A stretch of DNA of 64,000 nucleotides from an uncultured Acidobacteriota bacterium (GTDB lineage: Bacteria; Acidobacteriota; Terriglobia; Terriglobales; Acidobacteriaceae), in NCBI GenBank assembly GCA_963819455.1, contig CAWFWF010000004.1, positions 273,839-337,838 on the forward strand, written 5' to 3'. The notes under the pieces were generated by a model. It searched no databases. It worked only from the letters and a program-made list of their open reading frames with translations, and had not been told where the DNA came from. Shown here one piece after another: positions 54,662-64,000 of the stretch (positions within the stretch are counted from its first letter, which is position 1; each line of letters opens with the position of its first letter). Made by a program: the position numbers and the translations under genes.

Positions 54662-54683
54662 CGGGCGCTTGGCCCTGTCGTGA

Positions 54684-56231
<1,548 letters not shown>

Positions 56232-56288
56232 TTCCTGTGTGGCGCGGGCGCTCCCGCCCGCGCAGCCCGAATACGTGCCCTGTCTTTC

Positions 56289-56383
56289 GTGGAAGAGCGG
56301 CGCTTGAGCGCCGCGTAAAGATGTATTGAAAAAAGAACAAGTGGACAGCCGCCCTGGCTGTCCAGCCGAGCAAAAGCTCGGCG
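56289..56383. repeat. composite hairpin-repeat element (three GC hairpins)
   Basis: GTGGAAGAGCGGCGCTTGAGCGCCGCGTAA, then an A-rich spacer, then GGACAGCCGCCCTGGCTGTCC, then GCCGAGCAAAAGCTCGGC. A paralogous composite lies at 60090-60167. Confidence 0.6.
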
Positions 56384-56814
56384 GCTTCGAGCCCGCGAGA
56401 TACGCATGACGCTGTCCAGAGAAGATTAAGGTCAACCTGCTTTCGGGCTGGCGGGACGAAATGCAGTTCTGGCACAACCGCAAGCTCTGCCAGTGTGCAC
56501 CGCGCAGTTGTCACCAAATACGCAATTCAGAAGATCGTTCCTCCCTATTTCTCCACAACTTGGAATAATTCGTAGTCTCGACCTCAAACCTCCTTTAGTT
56601 TTCAACACATTACAATTCTTGACATTTGGGCTGACAATTGCGTAGTGTGCATCACCCGTGTCTTCCAATGTTCTGTGGAGTCCCAAGGTCGCCGCGGGGG
56701 CGTTCTTCTGTAATACCCAGGCAAGAAGAAAAACAACCTCGTCTCGCTTCGCTGTTGGGGCGTGCGAAATGAAGTATCAGCCATAAGGCTTGATTTCACC
56801 GGGAGGTGAAGCGA

Positions 56815-59800
56815 ATGAATTTGAAGAAGTCGTGTATCCACGTGTTTGTACTCGCGCTTTTTGTCGCCGCATTTGGTACGGGCTATGTTTTCTCCCAAGC
56901 CACGGCGTCTGCAACTCTCCAGGGCACAGTCACCGACAAATCTTCCGCAGTAGTTGCCGGAGCGCAGGTTGTCGCCGTTTTCAAGGCGACAGGAGTTACG
57001 CGCACCGCGACAACCAGTGACGCGGGCACATATCGGTTTGATTTTGTGCCGGCGGGAACCTACCAGGTGAAAGTCACCAAGGATGGTTTCGCATCGGTGG
57101 TACAGGATGCCGAGCTCCAGGTCGGATCGTCCTCCACAGTGAATGTCATGCTCAGTCCCGGCGCACCAACCACGGTGGTTGAAGTCACCGGCGAAGCGCC
57201 GATCGTGGATTTGGCAAAGACCAGCGTCAGCCAATCCATCACGCCGAGCGAAGTCGAGGACTTGCCCCTCGCCGGCCGCGACGCAGCCAATCTCGCCTAC
57301 CTGGCTCCCGGCGTAAAAGCCGCTGACTCTTACGATCCCACCAAGAACCGCTACGCCGTTCTCTCGGTGAACGGCTCCGATGGACGTAACATCAACACCA
57401 CCATCAACGGCGTCGACAACAAAGACAACACGGTCGGCGGCGCAGTCATGCAGATGCCGCTCGAAGCCGTCCAAGAATTCCAGATCGCGACGCAGCGCTT
57501 CTCCGCTGAAAATGGACGCTCCCAGGGAGCGGCCATCAACATGATCACCAAGTCGGGGACCAACCAGTACCACGGCTCAGTCTTCGGATACTTCCGCGAC
57601 GCCGCATTGCAAACGGCACAAAAAGTTGCCAATGGTGACGGAACCTCAACCGACCAGAGCCCAGACTACAGTCGCCAATTCTTTGGCGGATCCGTTGGCG
57701 GACCGTTCGTGAAAGACAAGCTATTCGGCTTCTTTGCCATCGAGCGCCAACGCGAAAGCCAGTCACTGGCGGAGTCAACCACTGCCTACAACGAGCTTGT
57801 ATTGGCCCAGCAGAATAACCTTGCTGCGGAACCGGCCCTGTCAATTCCTCGTCCCTTCCACGAGTGGCGTTACAACGGGCGTCTTGATTTAACCCTGAAC
57901 AACAAGAATACGGCCTATGTCAGCTACAGTTCGCAGGCCAACGACAGCTTGAACGACCAGGCCGGCGATACCGGCGACTTGACGGAAGGTAACTTCACCA
58001 CCAACCACCTTCAGATCGCCAACCTCACGCTGAATTCCCAGATTTCGCCGTCCCTCGTGAACCAGTTCACCTTCGGATTTCAGTATTGGAACAACCTGAT
58101 TGCCAGCAAAATCAGCGCGCCTCTCGTCACCTTCCCCGATGCGTCATTTGGAACCAATGGCAACGTTCCCCAACAGTCGTTCCAGCGCAAATTCCAGTTC
58201 AAGGACGACATTTCCAAGTCGTTCGGCAAGCACACCTTCAGGGCGGGGGTGGATTACATCTATAACCCGGTCGAAGGCGGATTCTTTGAATTCAATTCGA
58301 CCCTCGAAGCTGACTTCGTTGCGAACCCCAGCGACATCCTAGCCGACCCAATCACGTACCCCCAAGGCTTCGCAACACCGGGCCTGATCGGTGGCATGTC
58401 GATTTCGAACGGCGATCCGTACTTCCTCGTTGCCACCAAGCAGCTTGGTTTCTACGGTCAGGATGACTGGAAGGTAAACAACCGCTTGACTCTGAACCTG
58501 GGTCTGCGCTGGGATCGCGACTTCAATTGGCTCGGCCAGTCCGACATTCCGCAGAGCCGCTCCTATCAGTCCCTGCTCGCCATCGCATCCACCAATCCCA
58601 TTGCGGCTTACAACACCCGGCATCTGCCGCACGATGACAACAAGGACTTCAGCCCGCGCATCGGATTTGCCTATGACCTCACGGGAGCAGGCAAGCACGT
58701 GCTACGCGGCGGCTTCGGCCTGTATTTCGGAAATACCTTCCAGAACGTTCCGTTGTTCATGGAGCAACTGGCGAATCCAACCATCTTCCAGACAGTCCTG
58801 AGCCTGTCCAGCCCAACCGATACACTGCCCTGCGGCGGGGCTCTTGGAACGTTCTCCTACTCGCAAGCTAACATTGCAGCCCAAGAGGCATGCTTGCCGG
58901 GTCCATCAACCACCGCCGCGGATGGTAGCGTCGGACGCCTCATCGACCCCGCCTTCCGAAACCCTGTCTCCGAGGAATTCAACCTCGGCTATTCCTGGGC
59001 GCTGAGCAACAACTCGGTGTTCGAGGCCGAGTTCACCCACGTTCTCAGCCTACATGAGGACAAAACGATCAACATCGACCAGAAGGTCGTTGATAACACC
59101 AATCCGACCGATCAGAGCGGTACTGCTTGCACCACGCCTGGCCTGCCAGTCGGGTGCAATATGAACTTCGGAAACGTGAACTTGATTCGTCCTCTGAGCG
59201 ATGCATTTGCTGCTGCGGGGCAACCGGTGCTGGCCAGTTTGCGCAGTGACGAGTCCATCAATCGCAGCCGCTACGACGGAATCAACCTGAGCTTCCGCCA
59301 GCGCATGAGTCACCATTTCTCGCTCACGGCGAACTACACATTGGCATGGGCCTATGGGTACGACTCCGGTGGAGGTGGCACGACCATCTTCCGCAACTAT
59401 GCCCGCGATGGCTATCGCCCGTTTGCCCCCTACGAATGGGGACCGGGCGCCAACGACGAGCGTCACCACATCACCCTGGCTGGAGTGGTTGAGTTGCCCA
59501 AGGGGTTCCAATTCGCTCCGATCGTTCAGTTCGGAACGGCTCGTCCCTACAATCTGACCAATTCCTATAACACCATCAACGCCGGCGGCGGAACCGCTGC
59601 CGCAGTTGTGGTTCCGAACAGCGACCAGAAGAACTATCTCTACGGGACGAATTACATCAACGACTACGTTGCGACCGCAGTCGCAAACGGCGCTGATCCG
59701 TCCGACGCAACTGCAGCGGCGCAGGGAAACGTAGCCACCTGCTACTACGAGGGAAATTGCACGATCGCCAAGTATGACCCGCTTCGTGGACAGGCATTCT

Positions 59801-60027
59801 TCGAACTCGATGCCAAACTCGCCAAGACGTTCCGGCTTGGCGAACGGGCACGCGTGCAACTGGTAGCGCAGGCCTTCAACCTCACAAACCGAGCCAACTA
59901 CGGCAACAACTTCGGTAACAGCATTGCCAGTTCCACGTTCGGTCACCCGACCGGATTCTTTGCTCCGAGTGCCACATTCATTCCACGCTCCATCTGGGGT
60001 GAATTCGGAATCCACTTCACGTTCTAA
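56815..60027 (+). CDS. TonB-dependent outer-membrane receptor with N-terminal carboxypeptidase-regulatory-like domain
   Basis: Signal peptide, then ATLQGTVTDKSSAVVAGAQVVAVFKATGVTRTATTSDAGTYRFDFVPAGTYQVKVTKDGF, a plug-like region, a ~900-aa beta-barrel and a terminal ..GIHFTF. Confidence 0.88.
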   Translation: MNLKKSCIHVFVLALFVAAFGTGYVFSQATASATLQGTVTDKSSAVVAGAQVVAVFKATGVTRTATTSDAGTYRFDFVPAGTYQVKVTKDGFASVVQDAELQVGSSSTVNVMLSPGAPTTVVEVTGEAPIVDLAKTSVSQSITPSEVEDLPLAGRDAANLAYLAPGVKAADSYDPTKNRYAVLSVNGSDGRNINTTINGVDNKDNTVGGAVMQMPLEAVQEFQIATQRFSAENGRSQGAAINMITKSGTNQYHGSVFGYFRDAALQTAQKVANGDGTSTDQSPDYSRQFFGGSVGGPFVKDKLFGFFAIERQRESQSLAESTTAYNELVLAQQNNLAAEPALSIPRPFHEWRYNGRLDLTLNNKNTAYVSYSSQANDSLNDQAGDTGDLTEGNFTTNHLQIANLTLNSQISPSLVNQFTFGFQYWNNLIASKISAPLVTFPDASFGTNGNVPQQSFQRKFQFKDDISKSFGKHTFRAGVDYIYNPVEGGFFEFNSTLEADFVANPSDILADPITYPQGFATPGLIGGMSISNGDPYFLVATKQLGFYGQDDWKVNNRLTLNLGLRWDRDFNWLGQSDIPQSRSYQSLLAIASTNPIAAYNTRHLPHDDNKDFSPRIGFAYDLTGAGKHVLRGGFGLYFGNTFQNVPLFMEQLANPTIFQTVLSLSSPTDTLPCGGALGTFSYSQANIAAQEACLPGPSTTAADGSVGRLIDPAFRNPVSEEFNLGYSWALSNNSVFEAEFTHVLSLHEDKTINIDQKVVDNTNPTDQSGTACTTPGLPVGCNMNFGNVNLIRPLSDAFAAAGQPVLASLRSDESINRSRYDGINLSFRQRMSHHFSLTANYTLAWAYGYDSGGGGTTIFRNYARDGYRPFAPYEWGPGANDERHHITLAGVVELPKGFQFAPIVQFGTARPYNLTNSYNTINAGGGTAAAVVVPNSDQKNYLYGTNYINDYVATAVANGADPSDATAAAQGNVATCYYEGNCTIAKYDPLRGQAFFELDAKLAKTFRLGERARVQLVAQAFNLTNRANYGNNFGNSIASSTFGHPTGFFAPSATFIPRSIWGEFGIHFTF

Positions 60028-60050
60028 CCACTAACCAGAAAATTGTCGAA

Positions 60051-60083
60051 GGGCTGGCGCCATTCGCCAGCCCTTTTTCTTTT
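60051..60083 (+). terminator. rho-independent terminator
   Basis: GGGCTGGCG-ccatt-CGCCAGCCC followed by TTTTTCTTTT, 24 nt after the receptor stop. Confidence 0.8.
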
Positions 60084-60089
60084 GACGTG

Positions 60090-60167
60090 GTGGAAGAGCG
60101 GCGCTTCAGCGCCGCGTTAGAGAGCCAAAAAAAGAGAACATGCGGAGACAGCCGCCCCCGGCTGTCC
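60090..60167. repeat. composite hairpin-repeat element, paralog of 56289-56363
   Basis: GTGGAAGAGCGGCGCTTCAGCGCCGCGTTA, then an A-rich spacer, then GGAGACAGCCGCCCCCGGCTGTCC. Confidence 0.6.
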
Positions 60168-60200
60168 GGCGGCGCGGACGTCCCGGCAACTGTATCCGAA

Positions 60201-60729
60201 TCAATTCTTAGATATTTTGAAACACCGCTTTTTCAAATCCCAATAGACCTGGTCCTTGTGAAGATTCCAGGCGCGCATCCATGATCTTTGAACCGACATC
60301 CTGCCGTGTTTCTGAAGATATTTCTCCCAACAACCTTGCGCTCCACTGCTGCACCCGTTCATGACAACGGTCCAATCCGGCACATTGGGCATCTCTGAAC
60401 TGTTAGCGTTCGGACGAGTGAAGAGGTCCGTGAGCACGATATAGGCAACATCGCCCGAATTGGTTCCGAACCAGTAGTCGGCTATCTCGGTCTTTGCCCG
60501 CGTCCGCTCGGTGAGCTGCGAAATCAGGACGGGAATGGCGTTCTTGCCATCGACAAGGATTTGGCGCATTACAGGCGAAGCGGAACAGTCTTGAACCCGC
60601 CCCTTGGCCATGCAGCCTTCGTTGTTGAATTCCGTCAGAGTCGTACTTCTTCGGCTTAACCTGCGCATCGCCAAACAGCGTTGTAAGGATTAGAACGCAC
60701 AACACGAGAGTCACTCTCGGGTTCACCAT
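60201..60729 (-). pseudogene. hypothetical secreted Cys-containing protein; signal peptide and body in different frames
   Basis: MVNPRVTLVLCVLILTTLFGDAQV.. (frame from 60729). The 140-aa body ..EFNNEGCMAKGRVQDCSASPVMRQILVDGKNAIPVLISQL..GCWEKYLQKHG.. is in the adjacent frame and ends at 60201. Confidence 0.5.
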
Positions 60730-60906
60730 CAGGGGATGCTACACCTAAGTCGCAATAAGATCCGAAAGCTGGCGCCCAACGTGCACTCCGGCTACAAACT
60801 CGGTATGAAGAATCCTGCATCCTTGTACTAGTCCCATAACCGCGATACTATTTCCCGCGCCCGATTCGGTCCCTCCATCGTCGTTCGCTATAAGGAGTAA
60901 CTTCCC

Positions 60907-62181
60907 ATGAGATCGATACAATCGCGATTCTCGCGCCCCATTCTTTTTGCTGCAGCGTTGATCGTGCTGACATTCTTGCCTTCCATTTGTATGGCAGAAC
61001 GCTATCTTGTCTTGCATCAGTTCTTCGGCTCGCAAGGAGTTCAACCTCGCTCCGCACTTATCGTGGATCCCTCCGGCAATCTCTACGGGACGACTACATA
61101 CGGCGGCCACTTGAACTGCACCGCAGTTGGCCTGCCCAATGGATGCGGCACAGTGTACAAAGTGGCGTTGGTAGGAAACCGCTGGACCGAAACTGTCCTC
61201 TACGCTTTCAACAAAAGCGACGGAGCCTATCCAGTTGGCGGACTCGTATTCGACACAGCGGGAAACCTCTACGGCACCACCTCCAGCGGAGGCGATCTTT
61301 CCTGCAACGCTCCCAACGGATGCGGCTCAGTATTCAAGCTCACTCCGAATTCGGACGGAAGTTGGACGCGCAACACTCTTCACAACTTCACGAGTTCTCC
61401 CGATGGATTCAGCCCGAGCGCCAGCCTCGTCTTCGATGCGGCCGGAAATCTTTATGGAACGACCTCATCCGGTGGCCTCAACGCTGGTTACGGAACCGTC
61501 TTCAAGCTCTCGCCGAATTCGAATGGGACCTGGACCGAAACCGTGCTGCATAGTTTCACAGGCGCCGATGGATCGATCCCCGTCGCCGGATTGATTTTCG
61601 ATCCATCTGGAAATCTTTACGGCACGGCTAGCACTGGCGGCCAAAACGGCGCGGGCGTCGTCTATAAGTTAGCCCCGAACACGGACGGAAGTTGGACAGA
61701 GAGCGTGCTGCACAGCTTCACCAACGGCGATGGACAAGATCCATTCGGTGGAGTTGTTCTCGACGCCGCCGGCAATCTGTACGGCACTACAATGATGGGA
61801 GGCCCCATCCACGATTGCTCCGGATTTTGCGGCGTGGTTTACAAGTTGTCCCAGAACTCCGGCGGAGGTTGGACCGAAACCGTGCTTCACGCCTTCGGCG
61901 GCGGACCAGCGTCTTACCCTGCAGCCAGCCTAACCTTCGATGCATCGGGAAATCTGTACGGAACCGCATCGGGCTACTCGGGCCCAGGAGCAGTCTTCCG
62001 AATGACTCCCGTTGCGGGAGGCAAATGGTCATTCGCCACTGTGTTTGCGTTCCCGGCACAACCCGCGTTTCAGCCCGACGCCCCAGTCGTTTTCGATCAG
62101 GCCGGCAATCTGTATGGCACCACGGCGTACTGCGGAGGAGGAAGCACGTGCAGCGGCGTCGTCTTCAAAATCATTCCTTAA
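60907..62181 (+). CDS. secreted GloVer (Gloeo_Verruco)-type tandem-repeat beta-propeller-like protein
   Basis: Signal peptide plus about 8 repeats of the form ..VLH.F....DG..P.(A/G)(G/S)L(I/V)FD..GNLYGTT..GG....G(T/V)V(F/Y)KL. Confidence 0.8.
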   Translation: MRSIQSRFSRPILFAAALIVLTFLPSICMAERYLVLHQFFGSQGVQPRSALIVDPSGNLYGTTTYGGHLNCTAVGLPNGCGTVYKVALVGNRWTETVLYAFNKSDGAYPVGGLVFDTAGNLYGTTSSGGDLSCNAPNGCGSVFKLTPNSDGSWTRNTLHNFTSSPDGFSPSASLVFDAAGNLYGTTSSGGLNAGYGTVFKLSPNSNGTWTETVLHSFTGADGSIPVAGLIFDPSGNLYGTASTGGQNGAGVVYKLAPNTDGSWTESVLHSFTNGDGQDPFGGVVLDAAGNLYGTTMMGGPIHDCSGFCGVVYKLSQNSGGGWTETVLHAFGGGPASYPAASLTFDASGNLYGTASGYSGPGAVFRMTPVAGGKWSFATVFAFPAQPAFQPDAPVVFDQAGNLYGTTAYCGGGSTCSGVVFKIIP

Positions 62182-62432
62182 CATCAGATCGTGCTCACAA
62201 GTAGCTATATCAGGACAATTTCAACCCTTGCGCTTGCTTGGCCAAGATGAGTGTACTCGCTGGTTTCAACAGTTGACTTGATCCAGTTTACGTAAGGGTA
62301 CTACAGCGTACCGACAAGAAGACTACCGTGCTTTATAAGACACTTCGTCGATCAACCCAGTTTTTACGATGAGTGCCGGCGCAATTGTTACGTCATAAAA
62401 GTGAAATCATCACCGAGCCACAACCGATCCGA

Positions 62433-62618
62433 ATGAATATTAAGAATAAGCGCAGCCCCAAAAAGGGCGATCGCGTTTCGGCAAAGGGGCAGGAGGGTAC
62501 ATACATCGTGTATGACGTAGAGCAAATCCTTCAAGCCGCCGAACTTCAACAAGTTGGAAGCGATTTGCGTTTATCTGCCATTCCATGGTCCGCATTGACT
62601 TTCCTCGATGAAGCGTAG
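62433..62618 (+). CDS. hypothetical 61-aa protein
   Basis: MNIKNKRSPKKGDRVSAKGQEGTYIVYDV.. in a lower-GC intergenic island. No family recognised and the start is uncertain (ORF open from 62373). Confidence 0.35.
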   Translation: MNIKNKRSPKKGDRVSAKGQEGTYIVYDVEQILQAAELQQVGSDLRLSAIPWSALTFLDEA

Positions 62619-62669
62619 TTCTCGTCCAGTCCTCAGCCTTGACTGGCTTTCACGTTTTTCAAGAACAAA

Positions 62670-63257
62670 TCAGAACCTGAGGATCGGACCAAATGTCATC
62701 CGCAGGTTGTTGTGCGCACCGTTGTTGAAGTAAATTTCGTCCCCCAGTTCGAGCCGCAAACCCACCGGACCGAGACTTGCCTCAACCCCACCTCCTGGAT
62801 AAATTGCGGGGTTTAAGCTGGAGGTGCGAATTCCGAGAACCGTACTCACAACATCGCTATACGGAAGTAGGCTTGGGCTGAGCCTGAAATCAGTGAATCC
62901 ACCTTTCAGCGTAACGAATGGACGGAAGCCACCTTTCGATGGCTCGAGAGTAGGCCCGAACAGGCCATGAGTGACCCCAACCGACGTGCTTTCGATAGCG
63001 GCAATGTTGCCGTTAGCAACATTACGGTAAGCCTCCTCGAAATTAATTCCGTAATCATAGGCCAGTTCCCCTTCCATCATCAGGTTGCGATGGATGCGGT
63101 AGCCGAACCGTCCGCCTACTCCGAAGTTGTTGGTGCTAGTCTGCGAAATGCTCAGGTAATCGAGAAATATGCCGACTTCCACTCGCTTCTGCGCGAATAT
63201 CGAAGAAGGATCCAAACACGAGAGTAAGCCTAGAACAAAGAGAGCGAACAGGCGCAC
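62670..63257 (-). CDS. outer-membrane beta-barrel protein (OmpW/porin-like, 8-stranded size)
   Basis: A GTG start gives the signal peptide (M)RLFALFVLGLLSCLDPSSIFAQ. Alternating amphipathic beta strands and a C-terminal ..MTFGPILRF (terminal Phe). Confidence 0.7.
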   Translation of the reverse strand: MRLFALFVLGLLSCLDPSSIFAQKRVEVGIFLDYLSISQTSTNNFGVGGRFGYRIHRNLMMEGELAYDYGINFEEAYRNVANGNIAAIESTSVGVTHGLFGPTLEPSKGGFRPFVTLKGGFTDFRLSPSLLPYSDVVSTVLGIRTSSLNPAIYPGGGVEASLGPVGLRLELGDEIYFNNGAHNNLRMTFGPILRF

Positions 63258-63508
63258 GAAAGACCTCGGGAATCGAAACGAAGAAGTAGGATGCGAGTTG
63301 CATATCCTCAGTTGGTAGGTCGTTTCGCGCCATGAAGGTGGCGTGATGGGCAACCTTGCGCGGCCCCAGCAACTACCACCGCCCTTGTTGCCAGGTGCAC
63401 TACTTCACGTTGTTATAGCCCTTGTCGCTTACCGCCTCCAACCCGATATTTGGCAGGTGCGGAAAATATCCAAAATTCCCTTTACCCAGCTTCCGGGATT
63501 CTTTATCC

Positions 63509-64000
63509 TAACGGCGCGATGAGCGAACACTCGATTACGGTTGGCTCCCAATCCCTGAAGGGCGTGCACCATATCTGTTGCTTCTACGATTCGTCCGCTC
63601 AGCTCGAATCCGTTTTCCTCCCATATTTGGAGGAGGGATTGAAGCAAGGAGAACACGTCCTTTGCATCTTTCCAGAAGGAGAGCACGCCCATCTGCGAAC
63701 CAAGCTCGAGGATCGTGGAATCGACTTAGCCCAATCGACCGAGCAACTTCAGATTTTGACGGAAGATGAAACGTATATCGCGGGGGGCAGTTTCGCGAAG
63801 CAGCGTATGGCTGGAGTTTTAAGAGACTTTCTGGAGAATGCTAAGAATAGCTCGCGACCTGCGGTCCGCACGCTCGGAGAGATGAGTTGGGCGCTCCGCA
63901 ACCTCCCCGGCACCGACGAATTAGCGGAGTACGAGTGCATGGTCAATGAACTGTGCACTACTTACGGCTGCACTCTCGCATGCGCCTACGACATTAACAA
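63509..64000 (+). CDS. MEDS-domain protein, N-terminal part (runs off window end)
   Basis: MSEHSITVGSQSLKGVHHICCFYDSSAQLESVFLPYLEEGLKQGEHVLCIFPEGE..LGEMSWAL.. matches the MEDS pattern (H.C.FY....e....PFl..Gl..GE.c). The frame is open to position 64000. Confidence 0.65.

Noticed and set aside
56619-56650. TTGACA-N18-TAGTGT as a promoter for the TonB-dependent receptor.
   Set aside because: It is plausible, but the -10 is weak and the site is 165 nt from the start codon with nothing else to support it. Not reported as a feature.
63429-63692. 87-aa minus-strand ORF and 63-aa plus-strand ORF (63578-63769).
   Set aside because: Both overlap the MEDS-domain reading frame (63509 to the window end), which has a clear family signature. 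The track omits that frame only because it has no stop inside the window.

Overview
Chromosomal window of about 58% GC. The gene content and repeat families look like Acidobacteriota (Terriglobia-like), inferred from content only. It is densely coded, with about 60 protein genes. I found no rRNA, tRNA, CRISPR array, transposase or prophage genes.

Gene content in order:
- lnt / small ORF / P-loop / lpxD operon, then two paralogous lipoproteins.
- A minus-strand membrane-integrity island: XRE regulator, NfeD, DUF1648, flotillin, small membrane protein, PspA, small membrane protein.
- A DCC-thiol-oxidoreductase/MBL-hydrolase fusion and a secreted two-repeat protein.
- Decayed orphan dppB/dppC permease genes, split by an esterase gene and a vapBC toxin-antitoxin pair.
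- A split CNNM/CorC gene.
- A MacA-like adaptor followed by four tandem MacB-type permeases with an embedded DUF4097 gene and no ATPase.
- SAM hydroxide adenosyltransferase, a TPR protein and a PPTase.
- A PAPS module: sat-cysC, tauE, cysQ.
- A sigma-54 / PilZ / two-component block next to a giant SBBP/DUF11 surface protein, then PilZ and a GT2.
- A ccmEABCD cluster with a Cys-type (CxxxY) CcmE.
- GH3 beta-glucosidase, then ppa plus an inverted decayed ppa copy.
- GntR-stomatin pair, a double-ExbD protein, GT2, M13 peptidase, DUF2306, thiC.
- A CarboxypepD-type TonB-dependent receptor, a GloVer-repeat protein, an OMP beta-barrel and a partial MEDS-domain gene.

Main points from the hunt:
1. 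There are at least 15 apparent frameshifts in at least 11 genes. They cluster in the dpp remnant and the ccm operon. This is either real gene decay or assembly indels.
2. Several intergenic repeat families are present: MITE-like TTGTCATCCTGAG-ended hairpin elements, CTTCGTG/CCTTTGTGG units, and a composite GTGGAAGAGCGGCGC...GGACAGCCGCC hairpin element.
3. There is a near-consensus sigma-54 promoter at 39160-39175.

All functional calls rest on my reading of the translated ORFs and motifs. No database search was run.
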